Part shown: piece after piece, positions 1-13,162 of the stretch
Numbering within the stretch: the first letter of the stretch is position 1
How the letters are laid out: each line of letters begins with the position of its first letter
Source: Octopus sinensis
Taxonomy: Eukaryota
Direction of reading: 5' to 3'
DNA length: 64,000 bases
Assembly: GCF_006345805.1 (NCBI RefSeq)
Contig: NC_042998.1
Location: 38,626,001 to 38,690,000 of the forward strand
Program-made: the position numbers and the translations under genes
The notes under the pieces: generated by a model
Told to the model about the DNA's origin: nothing
The model's database searches: none
Seen by the model: the letters and a program-made list of their open reading frames with translations, nothing else

Positions 1-385
1 GTGGTAAGTAGCTTGCTAACCAACCACATGGTTCCGGGTTCAGTCCCACTACGTGGCATCTTGGGCAAGTGTCTTCTGCTATAGCCCCGGGCCGACCAAT
101 GCCTTGTGAGTGGATTTGGTAGACGGAAACTGAAAGAAGCCTGTCGTATATATGTATATATATGTATGTGTGTGTGCGTTTGTGTGTCTGTGTTTGTCCC
201 CCTAGCATTGCTTGACAACCGATGCTGGTGTGTTTACGTCCCCGTCACTTAGCGGTTCGGCAAAAGTGACCGATAGAATAAGTACTGGGCTTACAAAGAA
301 TAAGTCCCGGGGTCGATTTGCTCGACTAAAGGCGGTGCTCCAGCATGGCCGCAGTCAAATGACTGTGTAAAAGAGTAAAGAGTAT
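1..385 (+). mobile_element. tRNA-derived SINE, family A (5' end cut by the window edge)
   Basis: Box A/B-like head (gtggtaagtagc...gggttcagtccc), internal TA/TG microsatellite, tail ggcggtgctccagcatggccgcagtcaaatgactg plus AAAGAGT repeats. Recurs at 4120, 7545, 17765, 35785, 46920 and 55365. Confidence 0.85.
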
Positions 386-387
386 AG

Positions 388-542
388 TATTATTTTCTCT
401 CCGTTTATTTCTGTGTTCCTTTCTGCCGAAGAGCGTAGGCTCGAAACGTAAAAGACTTTCTCTCTTCCCGAGCGTTAAACTAATACATCTGTTTGTTGTT
501 TACACACCCGTCTTCGTCTATGGTTTATTCTGTAAATTCTCA

Positions 543-545
<3 letters not shown>
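388..545 (+). mobile_element. Short Penelope-pLTR-like unit with a degenerate hammerhead (about 418-454)
   Basis: cttt-CTGCCGA-a-gagc gtag gctc-GAAAC-GTA-aaag, with one core mismatch. Related copies at about 33595-33660 and 47150-47220. Confidence 0.5.
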
Positions 546-583
<38 letters not shown>

Positions 584-1717
584 GTAGGATTAGAATGACA
601 GCAAGATACAAGGAGATCCATGCAAATAAATACGTGTAATTATGAAGAATTCCAATACACAGCCACTAACATCCGGCGCGCGCGCAGGTGCACGTTTTCG
701 CACGTACACACATAAGCACAAACATACCTAAGAACACACACACCAACGCACATTCACGTACACACACGTGAACTCTCACACGTGCATGAGTACACACGTA
801 TGCGGGAATATACACGTATACAAGAAAGCACACAAACACGCGTTTACAGACTTACATACACTCTTATTCAAAAACGGGCTTCACGGCGCGCACACACACA
901 CACACACACATCTAGCCTCTTCGTAGTCCCCCTACGTAAGGAATTCCACTCATAAATCTTTACAGAATGGCAAGCAAATCTCAGCAGACTTGACCTCAAA
1001 GAAAAATGGCCAAACTCTTGAAGAGGTCACGGATGGCCAATGCGCACACACAAACACTCATACAGGCAGACATGCGAGCGTACACAACCCCCCACACACA
1101 CATACACACAGAGGCAAGCATACGGGTATTTTCACCCTTCTCTTGTAAGCAACCACACATCTACATACACAGGCATAAGACTGATTCTCAGATAGACTTA
1201 AGCCAGATCTTCAAGAGAGCGGGCATGTCACTGAGGAGGTCACGAATAGCAACAAAACGACTTCGGCAAACAATCGACCAGCTGATTCTTTAACTAACAC
1301 ATTAAACAAATAATTGATTAGATAGTTAATCGACTGACTAGCAATAAAAAACTAATATTCAACCAGAGCGTGTATTACTATTATTGACAAAGTAATTGAC
1401 CCTCCCTCCAAAAAAAAAAAACCCACAATAATATAGAATACTTCTGATTAAATTGAAAAATTCTGTATTTAAAATTGAACCACTTAGGCACCGGCTGTTA
1501 TGTTCAGTAAACGTGGAGTATGTTTTAAATTTGTATTTGTGAAAATGCCTACAAACGGAAAATATCACAATACTTGGTTAAATTGCACAGAACGGCGTTT
1601 CGACAACAGCAAAAGTAGACTGGCATACACACACACACACACACACACACAAAGATATACGTACATACATACATACATACATACATACACATATGTACAC
1701 AAATATTTACATATATA

Positions 1718-2939
1718 TTAGGTTGTCTCACATGAAATGTTGCATTTAAAAAAGGAAACATTAAAATTGTTTTTAAAATTGTTTTAGAATATCCATTTAC
1801 TTCATCAAAATATGATTCTTGTTCATTTATAACCTTCATCCAACGTTCCTCTAAGGCATATATTCCATCTTTAAATAATTTGTCATCTTTTACTCTGATA
1901 AACTGTTTGAATGCTTCAATTACTTCTTTATTTATGCGTATAGAAAGCTTGAAGTGTTTAAATATGTGATAATCAGTAGGAAAGTAGCAGGAGAATAAGG
2001 AGGATGTGCCAAAATTCCATAATTCCGGTTTTCCAACGTGTGGACCGTAGTTTGAGAAGTGTGAAGCAAAATTTGGCCATCTCTATTCACTAATCTGGGT
2101 TACTTCTTTTTCAATTTTTCATGCATACAAGCATTTTTCTGTCAATAGTATGTTACGGTTACAGTTTTTCCTTGTTACAAAAATGAATAACCCCCTTTGT
2201 TGACCACCATACAGTGACCATCAACTTTTTAAGGTTGCAATGATGGTGGTGGTTTTGTGTAGTGTTTTGATAACTCTCCTGCATCTGACCACTGTCCTGT
2301 ACTTTTGCTGTTATCAAAGAGTATCCATTTCTCGTCACACGTAATGAGTCGATGTAAAACTGGTTCTCTTTCCAGCCGAGAAATCAACACGGAACATACT
2401 GTAAAGCGTCTGTTTCTTTGAATCTCACTAAGTAGATGAGGAACAAACCTATCCATCTTTGTGACTTTTCCAATCTTTTCAAGTGTCGAGAAGCAGTTGC
2501 AGGAGATGTCTGGAGCTGTGATCCGAGTTTTCGTACCGTTGTTCTCGGATTTCGTTTAACCAAAGTATTCAATTCATCATGCCAAATAACTGATTTTCGT
2601 CTCCCTTTTGGTTCATTTTTAAGGCTTTCATTTCCTGATCGAAATCTTTGGAACCATCTCTGAACAGTTCTAATGTCAACAGAATCGTTACCAAAAGCGC
2701 GCATGATGTTTCGTAGAGCTTTGGTGGCAGAGTGACGCAACTTGTATTCGTACAAGAAAATCACTCAGTAGTGTTCATTTGTCGACATTGTCATAAGAGT
2801 GGTGGGCAGCAATTTTGAATAATAGTAAGAAAAAGAGTTAAGAGTAAACACAAGCATAATACATAGAAAATCATTAAATATCCTTTATAGATGACTCATA
2901 AGAAACCCATTTAAAATAATTTCATGTGAGCCGATCTAA
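1718..2939 (-). mobile_element. Mariner (Tc1/mariner) DNA transposon, near full length, decayed transposase
   Basis: TIRs ttaggttgtctcacatgaaat (1718) and atttcatgtgagccgatctaa (ends 2939), flanked by TA. HTH region (ORF 2384-2764, TVQRWFQRFRSGNESL), catalytic ITCDEKW (ORF 2229-2456) and HPPYSP near 2000, with frameshifts. Confidence 0.92.
1790..2788 (-). pseudogene. Frameshifted mariner transposase
   Basis: Motifs are split across frames: HTH, TCDEKW, HPPYSP..DYH and C-terminal SYFDE. Confidence 0.85.
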
Positions 2940-3147
2940 TATATATATATATATATATATAATAATAAATATTAGGGAATAAATCCAAATTTACAGGGAA
3001 AAATCAGATTTAGGATTGAATCCAATTTTATTGTAAAATATTATATAATATTAATTAGAGACAAAACCACTATTATGCAAATCAAACAAAGAAAGACTTA
3101 ATCCAATACGTAAAAAAATTTATATAAATTAAATTAAATTAAATTCG

Positions 3148-3193
3148 CCACTACAATTGTTTCGTGTCTCTTTTAAGGACATTCATCAGGTGG
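3148..3193 (-). ncRNA. Minimal type I hammerhead ribozyme
   Basis: Minus strand reads ccac-CUGAUGA-a-uguc...gaca-c-GAAAC-AAUU-GUA-gugg. Stem I ccac/gugg, stem III palindrome ACAAUUGU. Lies in a unit of about 2960-3215. Confidence 0.75.
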
Positions 3194-4033
3194 ATTTCAA
3201 ATCTTCTATTCAATTTTAATATATACACACACACAAATAAATGCATATTAATCTATATCTACCAATACGTGTGATTGTGTGTTTAGGTGTATGTACACAT
3301 TGTTGGATAGCTGTTGACTATTCATGAGTTCCTCCTCTCTTTGACGGGTTTTTCGTTCCTAAGGGTGTTCAACAATAACCACCCCCTCAAGTTCAGTGGG
3401 GGTTGCCATTTTAGTCATGGATGACACACATATACAGTTCTCTATCCAGTGAGAAGTAAATATTGTTTAATGTACACAGTATATAGTGATGAGAGACAAA
3501 CAGTTTCATACATTGGAGATATTTTCTAGGCAGGTTTTAATAACACGCCTCCAAACAATCTACAGATTCTGTGCATATGGACTATACAAGTTATAAATCT
3601 GGACAAGAGAACAAGAGAAATCATGAGGGAAAAAAAAAACGAAATGAAGGGCGTTGCAAAAGGTGGAAGGGTGACAGAAAAGGAAAAAGAAAATAATAAA
3701 GAATTAGGAAGAGGTCTAAAATCTGCGATACAGCTACTCAATTCGGAGCGGGTGATGTTCTCGAATTCGGCGAAAGAAACTAGTTCACATGCATGCTTTT
3801 GTTGAAAATTCCAGATCTGAAATTTAGACATGTGCAGATATCTATACGCACACGTATATATATATGTGTGTATAAATAAACATAAGAACTATATTATTCC
3901 TAAAAGCATAAAGCATTATCGTTAGTTGCCGCGAGGATACAGCCGTATAGGCATAGTAATAAATTATATATAAAATATATAATATATTTATATATTTTAT
4001 ATATAATTTATTAATATATGTATTATGTGCGTG

Positions 4034-4066
<33 letters not shown>

Positions 4067-4119
4067 ATGTATGTATATATATATATATATATATATATAA
4101 CGTGTGTGTATGTGTGTAT

Positions 4120-4332
4120 ATGTTTGTGTGTCTGTGTTTGTCCTCCCAACATTGCTTGACAACCAATGCTGGTGTGTTTAGGTCCCCGTAACTTAGCGGT
4201 TCAGCCAAAGAGGACGATAGAATAAGTACTAGGCTTACAAAGAATAAGTCCTGGGGTCGATTTGTTCGACTAAAGGCGGTGGTCCAGCATGGCCACAGTC
4301 AAATGGCTGAAACAAGTAAAAGAGTAAAACAG
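4120..4332 (+). mobile_element. SINE family A, 3' half
   Basis: Matches 175-385. Confidence 0.85.
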
Positions 4333-4371
<39 letters not shown>

Positions 4372-4923
4372 GCACATGACTCAGTGGTTACAGCGTTGTG
4401 AGTTCGCTGTTGAGGTGACATTCTGCCCGGACTTGTACTCCGGAAGAGAACCTCTAAGGTACACTCATGGTCATTCGTGGTCGACGGAGTCGAGTTTTAT
4501 ATATAAATATATATATATATATATATGTGTGGTGTGTGTGTGTACGTGTTTACGCGGTGGCCACAACTAATGGTGTTAATAAATTTGACAATGGGAAATG
4601 TGAGAAAGCCCACAACAATTGAGAATCTAATTTTAAATTTTGATAGAAAAGATAAAATAAAATGCTCAACATGATTAATGATAAGCGCCAGATGTTGCCA
4701 TTATTTGATGAAGAGAATTCTATCTTTTACAAAGATGAGGACTGGGAGGGTGGACATAATAGTGGAGATGATGATGACAACGTGGTGACGATGATGGTGG
4801 TCATGTTGATGATGATGTGGAGGAGGATTATGACGCTTATTATTATTGATGACATTATGACAAATGTAGTGAAGACATTTCATTGAAGAATGGTAGATTA
4901 TAGCAACAGTTGTGGTCAGCTAC

Positions 4924-4959
<36 letters not shown>

Positions 4960-5419
4960 CGTGGAGGAAATAATAAAGACTGAGGCGAAAAAGATGAACA
5001 ATGGCGAAAGATCTCATAAATTTATAGCTTTATAACGACCGCTACATAAAGACAATCGCCATAAAGCATGTGACTACTAGTCACAGCTTGTTAAAAAGCA
5101 GCGCAGATACATTCCACAGATCACTATCAAGGCGCGATATTGCACACAGGGACGCACACAATGAAATATCAATTACAAGAACAAAACAAAACAATAATAA
5201 TTGTTAGAGTAAATGAACCAAGCAAAAACAATACAAGTATTTTTTAAATCAACCTCACTGTGAATCCACCACACAATAGAAATGAAAACGTTGACAAACC
5301 TCGTGGTGAAGGGGAAAAATATGCCATTCTGTTAAATATAATCGCCTTTCAATATGAAAGCTGTGGAGGAATATTTGGGGGCCGATTGTTTCGCTTATGT
5401 ATTTAATTTATTTCACGGC

Positions 5420-5727
5420 CTTAACTGGCAGCAATCTGTCGGTTACAGCGACGAGGGTCCCAGTTTATCTGATAAGCGGAACAGCCTGCCTGCTCGTGAA
5501 ATTAGCGTGCAAGCAGCTGGGCACTCCACAAAGACGCGTAACCCTTAACGTAGTTCTCAGGGAGACACAGAATCTGGCAAGGCTGAGTCCTTGAATTTTT
5601 ACCAGTTGAGTGGAGACTGGAGCAACGTGAAAAAGTGTCTTACCCAAGGACACAACACGCCGCCTGGAATCGAACGCATGACCGTGCGAGTGTTATCCGA
5701 AGACCCTAACCTCTAAACTGCACGCTT
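5420..5727 (-). mobile_element. tRNA-derived SINE, family C
   Basis: Minus strand has a B box gttcgattcc followed by tgtgtccttgggtaagacact. A second copy is at 51140-51340. Confidence 0.65.
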
Positions 5728-5749
5728 TCACACGGATACACACACACTC

Positions 5750-5802
<53 letters not shown>

Positions 5803-6126
5803 GCGCACGCATACACACACATATATACACACAAGCACACACACATATGTGATCACGCATTCACACACACACATGTGTGCAAGCGTACACACATATATAC
5901 GCACAAGCACACACACACATATGTACCTATTGATGTATAGTTGTTCCTTCTTTCAAGTCAATAATAGAAAGAATAACTTGTAAGTCTGGTATTCCTAGAA
6001 TGGGTGTTACCATCATTTCCTTGTACATCATCAGCACAACTCACCAAGCCTTATGTGGATGCAGTTTTTTTTTTTTTTGTGTTCAACATTTCAATCGTTC
6101 CTAAGAGTTGTTGTTATTATTATTAA

Positions 6127-6345
6127 GACGGTGAGCCGGCAGAAACGTTGGCGAACCGGGCGAAATGTGCAGCCGTATTTCGTCTGCCGTTACGTTCTGA
6201 GTTCAAATTCCGCCAAGGTCGACTTTACCTTTCATCTTTTGGGGGTCTATAAATTAAGTACCAGTGAAACAATGGAGCCAACGTAATCGACTAGACCCCC
6301 TCTCCCAAAATTTCAGGCATTGGGCCTTTAGTGGAAACGATTATT
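6127..6345 (+). mobile_element. SINE family B (tRNA-derived, tail type 2)
   Basis: Box A-like ggcagaaacgttgg, box B gagttcaaattcc, core ggtcgactttacctttcatc. Confidence 0.85.
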
Positions 6346-6649
6346 ATTGGTGCTTTGACTCAGGTTTGTTCTTATTCCTAGTAGAATATATCAGGGTAGC
6401 GGGTTATTCCCTGTAACCTCAATCACTAATCGTTAATGCTAATTGTTTGCCCTTAGCACCCTTGTAATTCCGGTCCGGTTTGGTTTGAAAAATGATTCAA
6501 TGCCTTAGCGACAGCCATAAAGCAAAAGAAAGAAATTGTCTCCTTTTGGTAATTCCCTTTTTATAATATCTTCATTTGTTTGTGTCTGCCGAAGAGACTG
6601 TCATTGACTCATTAACGGCGTATTGCATTAGTTTATCGGTTTCAACTTT

Positions 6650-7020
6650 CGGAGAAGAGCGAAAGTTGACTACATCGACCCCAGTGCTCAACTGGGAGTT
6701 ATTTTATCAACCCCCGAATGGATGAAAGGCAAAGTCGATTCCGTCGCAATTTGAATTCAAAATCGAAAGTCAGACTAAATACCTATTTCTTTATTGCCTA
6801 CAAGGGGCTAAACATAGAGTGGACAAACAAGGACAGACAAAGGTATTAAGTCGATTACATCGATCCCAGTGCGTAACTGGTACTTAATTTATCGACCTCG
6901 AAAGGAGGAAAGGCAAAGTCGACCTCGGCGGAATTTGAACTCAGAACGTAACGGCAGACGAAATACCGCAAAGCATTTCGCCCGCCGTTAAGCATTTTGT
7001 CCATCTCGCTAACGAATCTG
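6650..7020 (-). mobile_element. SINE family B composite (older copy plus a Tx1-tailed body joined at aaatacc, about 6783)
   Basis: Two consecutive bodies and one head, junction taaatacc|tatttctttatt. Confidence 0.8.
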
Positions 7021-7544
7021 CTTATTAACAGTTGTTATTGTTAATGTTGCTATTGTCATCATCGTCATCATCGTTGTTGTTACTTTTATGTGTTTTCTTT
7101 GTTGTTTTGTTTAGCACGAGTTGTTCCTAGTCTCAAATGGAAACCTAAAGAACCTGCTGCGGACAATAATTTGGGGCAAGGACGTATTTCAGAGAAAGGA
7201 AACCAAACAATATTAATATGTCTTTAAAGGTTCGCTTTAGTATTTGCAATTTTCAAAGGTTGACAGTTTTCTTTTTTCTTTCTTTTTTTTTTTTTTTTTT
7301 TGTTAGCTCTGATACTTTGATCACAGGTCTGAGTGCAAGTGTTCTGCATGCGTACCATTTAGTAAACATGTTGATAAGTATACTTATGTAACTAGGATGC
7401 ATGCTTGTATGTATGTATGTATGTATGTATGTATGTATGTATGTATGTATGTGAACTCTGTCTCTCACACGCGCACACACTCATGCGCACTTAATGTGTT
7501 GTGCATATACGACAGCTAACAGAGCGAAATATAGAAACTGATAA

Positions 7545-7745
7545 GCGCAGGCGTGGCTGCCTGGAAGAATATTGCTTTCCATCCACATGGTTCCGGGTTC
7601 ATCACTACTGTTGCTACATGGTACCTACTCTGTAGCTTCAGGCCGACCAAAGCTTTGTGAGTGGATTTCGTAGACGGGAACTGAAAATAGCCAGTTATAC
7701 ACACACACGCACATACACACACACACACGCACACACACACACTCA

Positions 7746-7813
<68 letters not shown>

Positions 7814-8035
7814 GGAGTGTCTTTGTACTTGTGTTTGGATCCCGCCACCGCTTGATAACCGGTGTTAGTGTGTTTGCGTTTGTGTAACTTAGCGAATCAG
7901 TAAGACTGACCGATAGACTTAATTACCAGGCTTAAAAGATAAGATCTGGGGGGGTTTAATTCATTCGACTAAAACCCTTCAAGGTAGTGCCCCAGCATGG
8001 CCGCAGTTAAATAACTGAAACAAGTAAATAATAAA
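7545..8035 (+). mobile_element. SINE family A, full length with expanded (CA)n
   Basis: Head gcgcaggcgtggctg...gggttca, tail cccagcatggccgcagttaaataactgaaacaag. Confidence 0.85.
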
Positions 8036-9485
8036 ACAATGAACCTATATTCCAACTTCACATTCAGTAGATGCAGAGCGAATGCACTCAGTTGCATTAG
8101 CTGCAAACTAGGCAACAGACACACACACACACAGCAAATCATATAAGAAAAAAAGAAACAAGAGAAAATGTTTCCTGATTGATATTTGAAAAGATGATTT
8201 CTTAGAAAATGCATCACCGCCGCTGCAGCTGTGTGCAAGACTGGCATAATCTAATCAGGAAAACGGAAATATGAAGAAATGATTGCCAACTTTATCAACT
8301 CGAAGGAAGTGTTTGGAGATAAATCAAATGGCGAGGTACGTTACAGTTGTACTTAACACATATCAAGTTTCATTGATGTTTAGATCTCTTATCAACCATA
8401 TAAAACGAAGCGATAAAGAGTGTCCGCAGAAAATTGGCAGCAACACTAAAACCGACAATGATAACAAACGTACGTCCCTACCTAACAAGCGCTTACCGCA
8501 TCACTAGACAAAATAAAATATACAAACATACGCACACATCACTCAATCAATGTGTGTGTGTATGTAAATCAATAATCTCTTATTATAATTATATATAAAT
8601 GTATATAATTATAATGAAGGATACCAGGAAAAGCACCAGTATGCCAGAAATAGAAGTCAAAACGACTCTAACCCACCGAAGTCACTAATATGTACTGGTG
8701 AAAGCGAGGAAAACAGAAAATTAGTCTACCTTTAGTGAATAAAGAAACACAGGTAATCAACACCTGCTCACCTGTTTATTTCTTCTATTTCTATTTCTAG
8801 CATGCTGAAACTTTTGTGTGTTTATATGTATATATATTTATATATAATTATTGATTTATACTAACTTTCACCTCAATGGTTTTATTGCATGCTAGCCACT
8901 GATATTATTTTATATAAAATAAGTTTATCCTTTAAGATATATATATATATTACACATAAATATTATAGTATAAAAGAATCGCTGGATTCTCTATGTGGTC
9001 ACTATGACCATTTGACATTAACCTAGTTTTCGTAATACAAAATCTGTTTGCCAAATAGTAGTAATCAGCCTCTGTAGCATTACAACCCTCTCTCTACCTA
9101 AATTTCTTTATATAGAACTTTGAAATCTATTTCACCCCTATTTCTATAAATAGAAAATCTTTCTTGTCTCCTTTCAATTGATCATTCTTCACAAACCTTC
9201 TAGCAGTTCAAAACAACTGAATATTCTGAATATTCTTCAGTCAGTTGATAAACTCTACTACCTGAATGTTCTTAAAATTTTAATCGACATCTTTGTCTAT
9301 GTATCTACGTTCTCTATAATGTTATCAATTGATATGAAAATTATGTATTAATGGAAAATCTCTATTAATGGCTGATGATTGTTCAACATTTTAAAACTGT
9401 TGTAATACTTACAAAATTTAATAAAATGATGTAGCATGAAACGATCGTACCAAATTACCGAAGTTATTCTTGTTGCTTATTTTGA

Positions 9486-9558
<73 letters not shown>

Positions 9559-10499
9559 GATATTTATTTATATATACACACATATATGTACAAAATCACA
9601 CAAATGACAAATATATAAATATTTTAAGCGCGCGCGTGTGTGTGTATGTGCACGTTTGTTTGTCTGTGTGTCCCCGTGTGTTTCTCCATGTGAACGTGTA
9701 TCATCGTGAATATGCTGATAATGCAAGTGAATGAGCACCAATCACCCAAGCAGGACGAAAGCAATTATTGTATGTTTGTGGTTTATAATCACCGGCGTGT
9801 CTGATATTGCTCCGGCCATTTAACCTGCAAATGCTCATTAACCATATTCAGTAAATATAGGTGAATGGTAGGCATCGATTTAGTTTCCTGCGTTTGCTCA
9901 CAAAACGACCAACATGAAACGAAATGAGTTTCGCTTGGATTTTTCGACTGACACTAATGAAACCACTTGACAAATCTTGTTAGCACCGCATCAGCATAAA
10001 TAAAACATGCATGGGAAAAGTATTTAAAAGAATCTAATCTTGCATGCAACTCTTTCTAATACCGTTGGATTTCAGAATTCAGAATTAAAAACTAGGATTT
10101 CGACAGTTAATCTATCGTTATGTTTATTATCCTATTATCCAGTATATAGATGTTTCGACGGGTCGGGGTCTGATTCCAAGACCAGAACCATTCATACCAT
10201 TCCTAGTGTTATTACTAGAATTCCAAGGTTGCTCATACCGAAAATATTTGGTTAATTCTTTACGTGGATACTGGGAAAACACATAAGGACGACGGAGAAT
10301 TATGGATACAGATGACTGATAATATGAACGGTAACATTAATGACAGGACTAGAAATACAAAGAAATAGGGTTAGACAAGAACGATGAATAGGAAAATGGA
10401 AAAGGAATGCTGTCAGAAAGTTATGTAACTGTTTCCATGCTTTCCACCTGTAGAAAGGAATAACGCATACAGCCTTGTGACTTTGGAGAAAAGAGTCGG

Positions 10500-11260
10500 A
10501 ATTGATCAGCTTCTTCTGAGAAATAAGCTGCCCGAGAATTCAAGTAATAAGGATATGGCTGGTGTGAGCGGTTCTGGCTCTGGAGATGGTCACACCACTT
10601 CTCGCAACATTATAAATGTTAATATATGGAATGATACACATAACAATGTTAAACATCAAATCAATCCTCGAGAAAAAAAAAGAACATATAAAAGACAGAT
10701 TATTTGGTATAATGCTCAGCCACAGATATCCCATGTAAATTTTTCTTGGGTTTACATGTAACGAGATGAGTGTATATAACCAGGAAGGGACGAGCGTTTT
10801 TATCTAAACTGTATCTAGCTGAAATATAGCAGATGTTGAAATCTCATACGGGTGATAATATGAACGGTAATACAACAAATGGGAAAATCATATATCAATA
10901 GACTAAATGAATGATATAATTTCAGGAACTTTGAAAATTGCTACGCAGCGAACAATTGCTTACATATAGTTAATAAATGTTCTGTAATGTGTGTTATTAT
11001 ATGGGTACTTGTTTTAGAAAAATTAAATCAGGAATTCCCAATCACACTTCTTCAAATATAAAAGAAAAAAAAAGTATCTGTAAATATTGTTATTCAGAGC
11101 ATCAAAGAGAATAATATAATGCTCTATAGAATGGTTTGTAATAGGTAGCGTTCTACAATATACTAGAAGGAATTCTTATAACAATCTATAACGCGAAGCG
11201 ACGCTGTACGCTGTCTAACTTAAATAAACATAAAGAACCATTGATGTGTTGCTCTCATTT
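10500..11260 (+). pseudogene. Highly decayed Penelope-like element C-terminus (GIY-YIG region)
   Basis: KRQIIWYN resembles the PLE 'R.IIWFNPP' motif. Downstream fragments resemble the Y(I/M)G...NH..SF and C..C motifs, but are heavily disrupted. Confidence 0.45.
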
Positions 11261-11941
11261 ATAAACCAAAACCTTCCTAAGTTTTCGAAACAAAAATCTT
11301 AACATACTCTGATACAAATTAGATAAATTCAGTTTCTTTATTAATCTTATCATTAAGAATATTTCCTCATATGGACCAAAGCATAACAGTGCATTAAACC
11401 CTCTTTAAATTAACCTGTATTATTAGGGTTAATTGTTTAGATGCAGGGTCATATTGTAACGATTCTCTTTGCCCATTTTTCTTTTAACCCAACAATTACG
11501 TACGTGGCTTGCCTTTCCGAAAAGTCATGAAGTTCACTGCAACTTTATGAGTAATTTTCACCAGTAAGTTAACGTCTTTTATTCTCGCCACAAACTTTTT
11601 TCAGGGTGGAATTCTTCTAAAGCTTCATAACTTGAATTCCTTTGTGGATATATTCTATTTATTAATGTGAATTTGTAGAATTTGAAAACCAGCAATTACT
11701 TACTAGTCTTCATAGACAATGTTTTATGGTGTATTCTTTTCGACAGTACACTCTATTTTCTATCATAAATTATTTTGCACTTAAAAACTTCTCAAATTAA
11801 GATACATTTTATTTTTGCACAAAACTGTTGCAGTCTAATAGACATTATTAAAGTAAAAGCATCGGATAGAAAAGAAAAAGAAAATCTACCTGTAGCGACT
11901 CGAGAAGAGAGACAGGGTAATAAATTAAGGAGTTGGGTATG

Positions 11942-12385
11942 ATAGCTTATACCTATTTCTTTACTACCCACAAGGGGCTAAACACAGAGAGGACAAACAA
12001 GGACAGACAAACGGATTAAGTCGATTATACCGACCCCAGTGCATAACTGGTACTTATTTAATTGACCCCGAAAGGATGAAAGGCAAAGTCGACCTCGGCG
12101 GAATTTAAACTCAGAACGTAGCGGCAGACGAAATACCTATTTCTTTACTACCCACAAGGGGCTAAATAGAGAAGAGACAAACAAGGACAGACATAGGTAT
12201 TAAGTCGATTACATCGACCCCAGTGCGTAACTGGTCCTTAATTTATCGACCCCGAAAGGATGAAAGGTAAAGTCGACCTCGGCGGAATTTGAACTCAGAA
12301 CGTAACGGCAGACGAAATACTGCTAAGCATTTCGCCTGGCGTGCTAACGTTTCTGCCAGCTCGCCGCCTTTGCATAGCTTATACC
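11942..12385 (-). mobile_element. SINE family B dimer (one head, two Tx1-tailed bodies) with a 12-bp TSD
   Basis: TSD atagcttatacc at 11942-11953 and 12374-12385. Internal junction gaaatacc|tatttctt near 12137. Confidence 0.9.
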
Positions 12386-13105
12386 ACTTTCCTCCACATG
12401 CTTTCTTTGCATACATAATATCTAACAAACACGATTGAAAAGAATGGTTTAGTAGACAATAGCTCTGTCAATTTGGTAGAATAATGGATCAGCTGATGAA
12501 TTGATTAAGCATGCAAAAAACCTCAATGAGAGACGGACGGAATTTGCTCAGTTATCTTCACGTCTTTATTAATATTCTTTCAGGTTTCTAATAAGAATTT
12601 CACTTAGGATTACAATTTTCACCTATCACAAAAAAAAAAAAAATTAAAAAACCCTATACGAATTTCTCTAATTTTCACTGGACAATTCTTTCTTGTCGGG
12701 GTTTTATTTATATAGAATATATTAAGGTATTTGCCTGGATTTAGTTAGTTCCAATTTTCTTTCGTTTCATACATACATAATTTTATTTATTTATTCTATT
12801 CAGCTTTTAAGAAAATTGAAGTGTCATTGAAAATTCCGGAGCGTATTAAACTTACTTACTGCTTCACTTTTGGACGAACTTTGTGTGTTTGTTTGTGTGT
12901 GTGTGTGTGGGGGGGGGGTTCTCGACCAAAATGGAGGTGAGTACCAACATTTCCATGTGGCACGCTTCAATAATTGTGAAGATCTCTTGACATGATACTA
13001 TAGGTTGTCTTATTAATCCAAAAATAAAGTGAGTGTGTATGTATATATATATATACATAGAGAGAGAGAGAGACATACATACACATATGTATATATATAA
13101 ATACA

Positions 13106-13162
<57 letters not shown>

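Noticed and set aside
1-70. tRNA-like sequences at SINE heads
   Set aside because: Only box A/B similarity continuing into SINE bodies, with no complete cloverleaf.
975-1255. Weak direct repeat (ctcag..agactt..gaggtcacg) about 215 bp apart
   Set aside because: Low identity and no interpretable structure.
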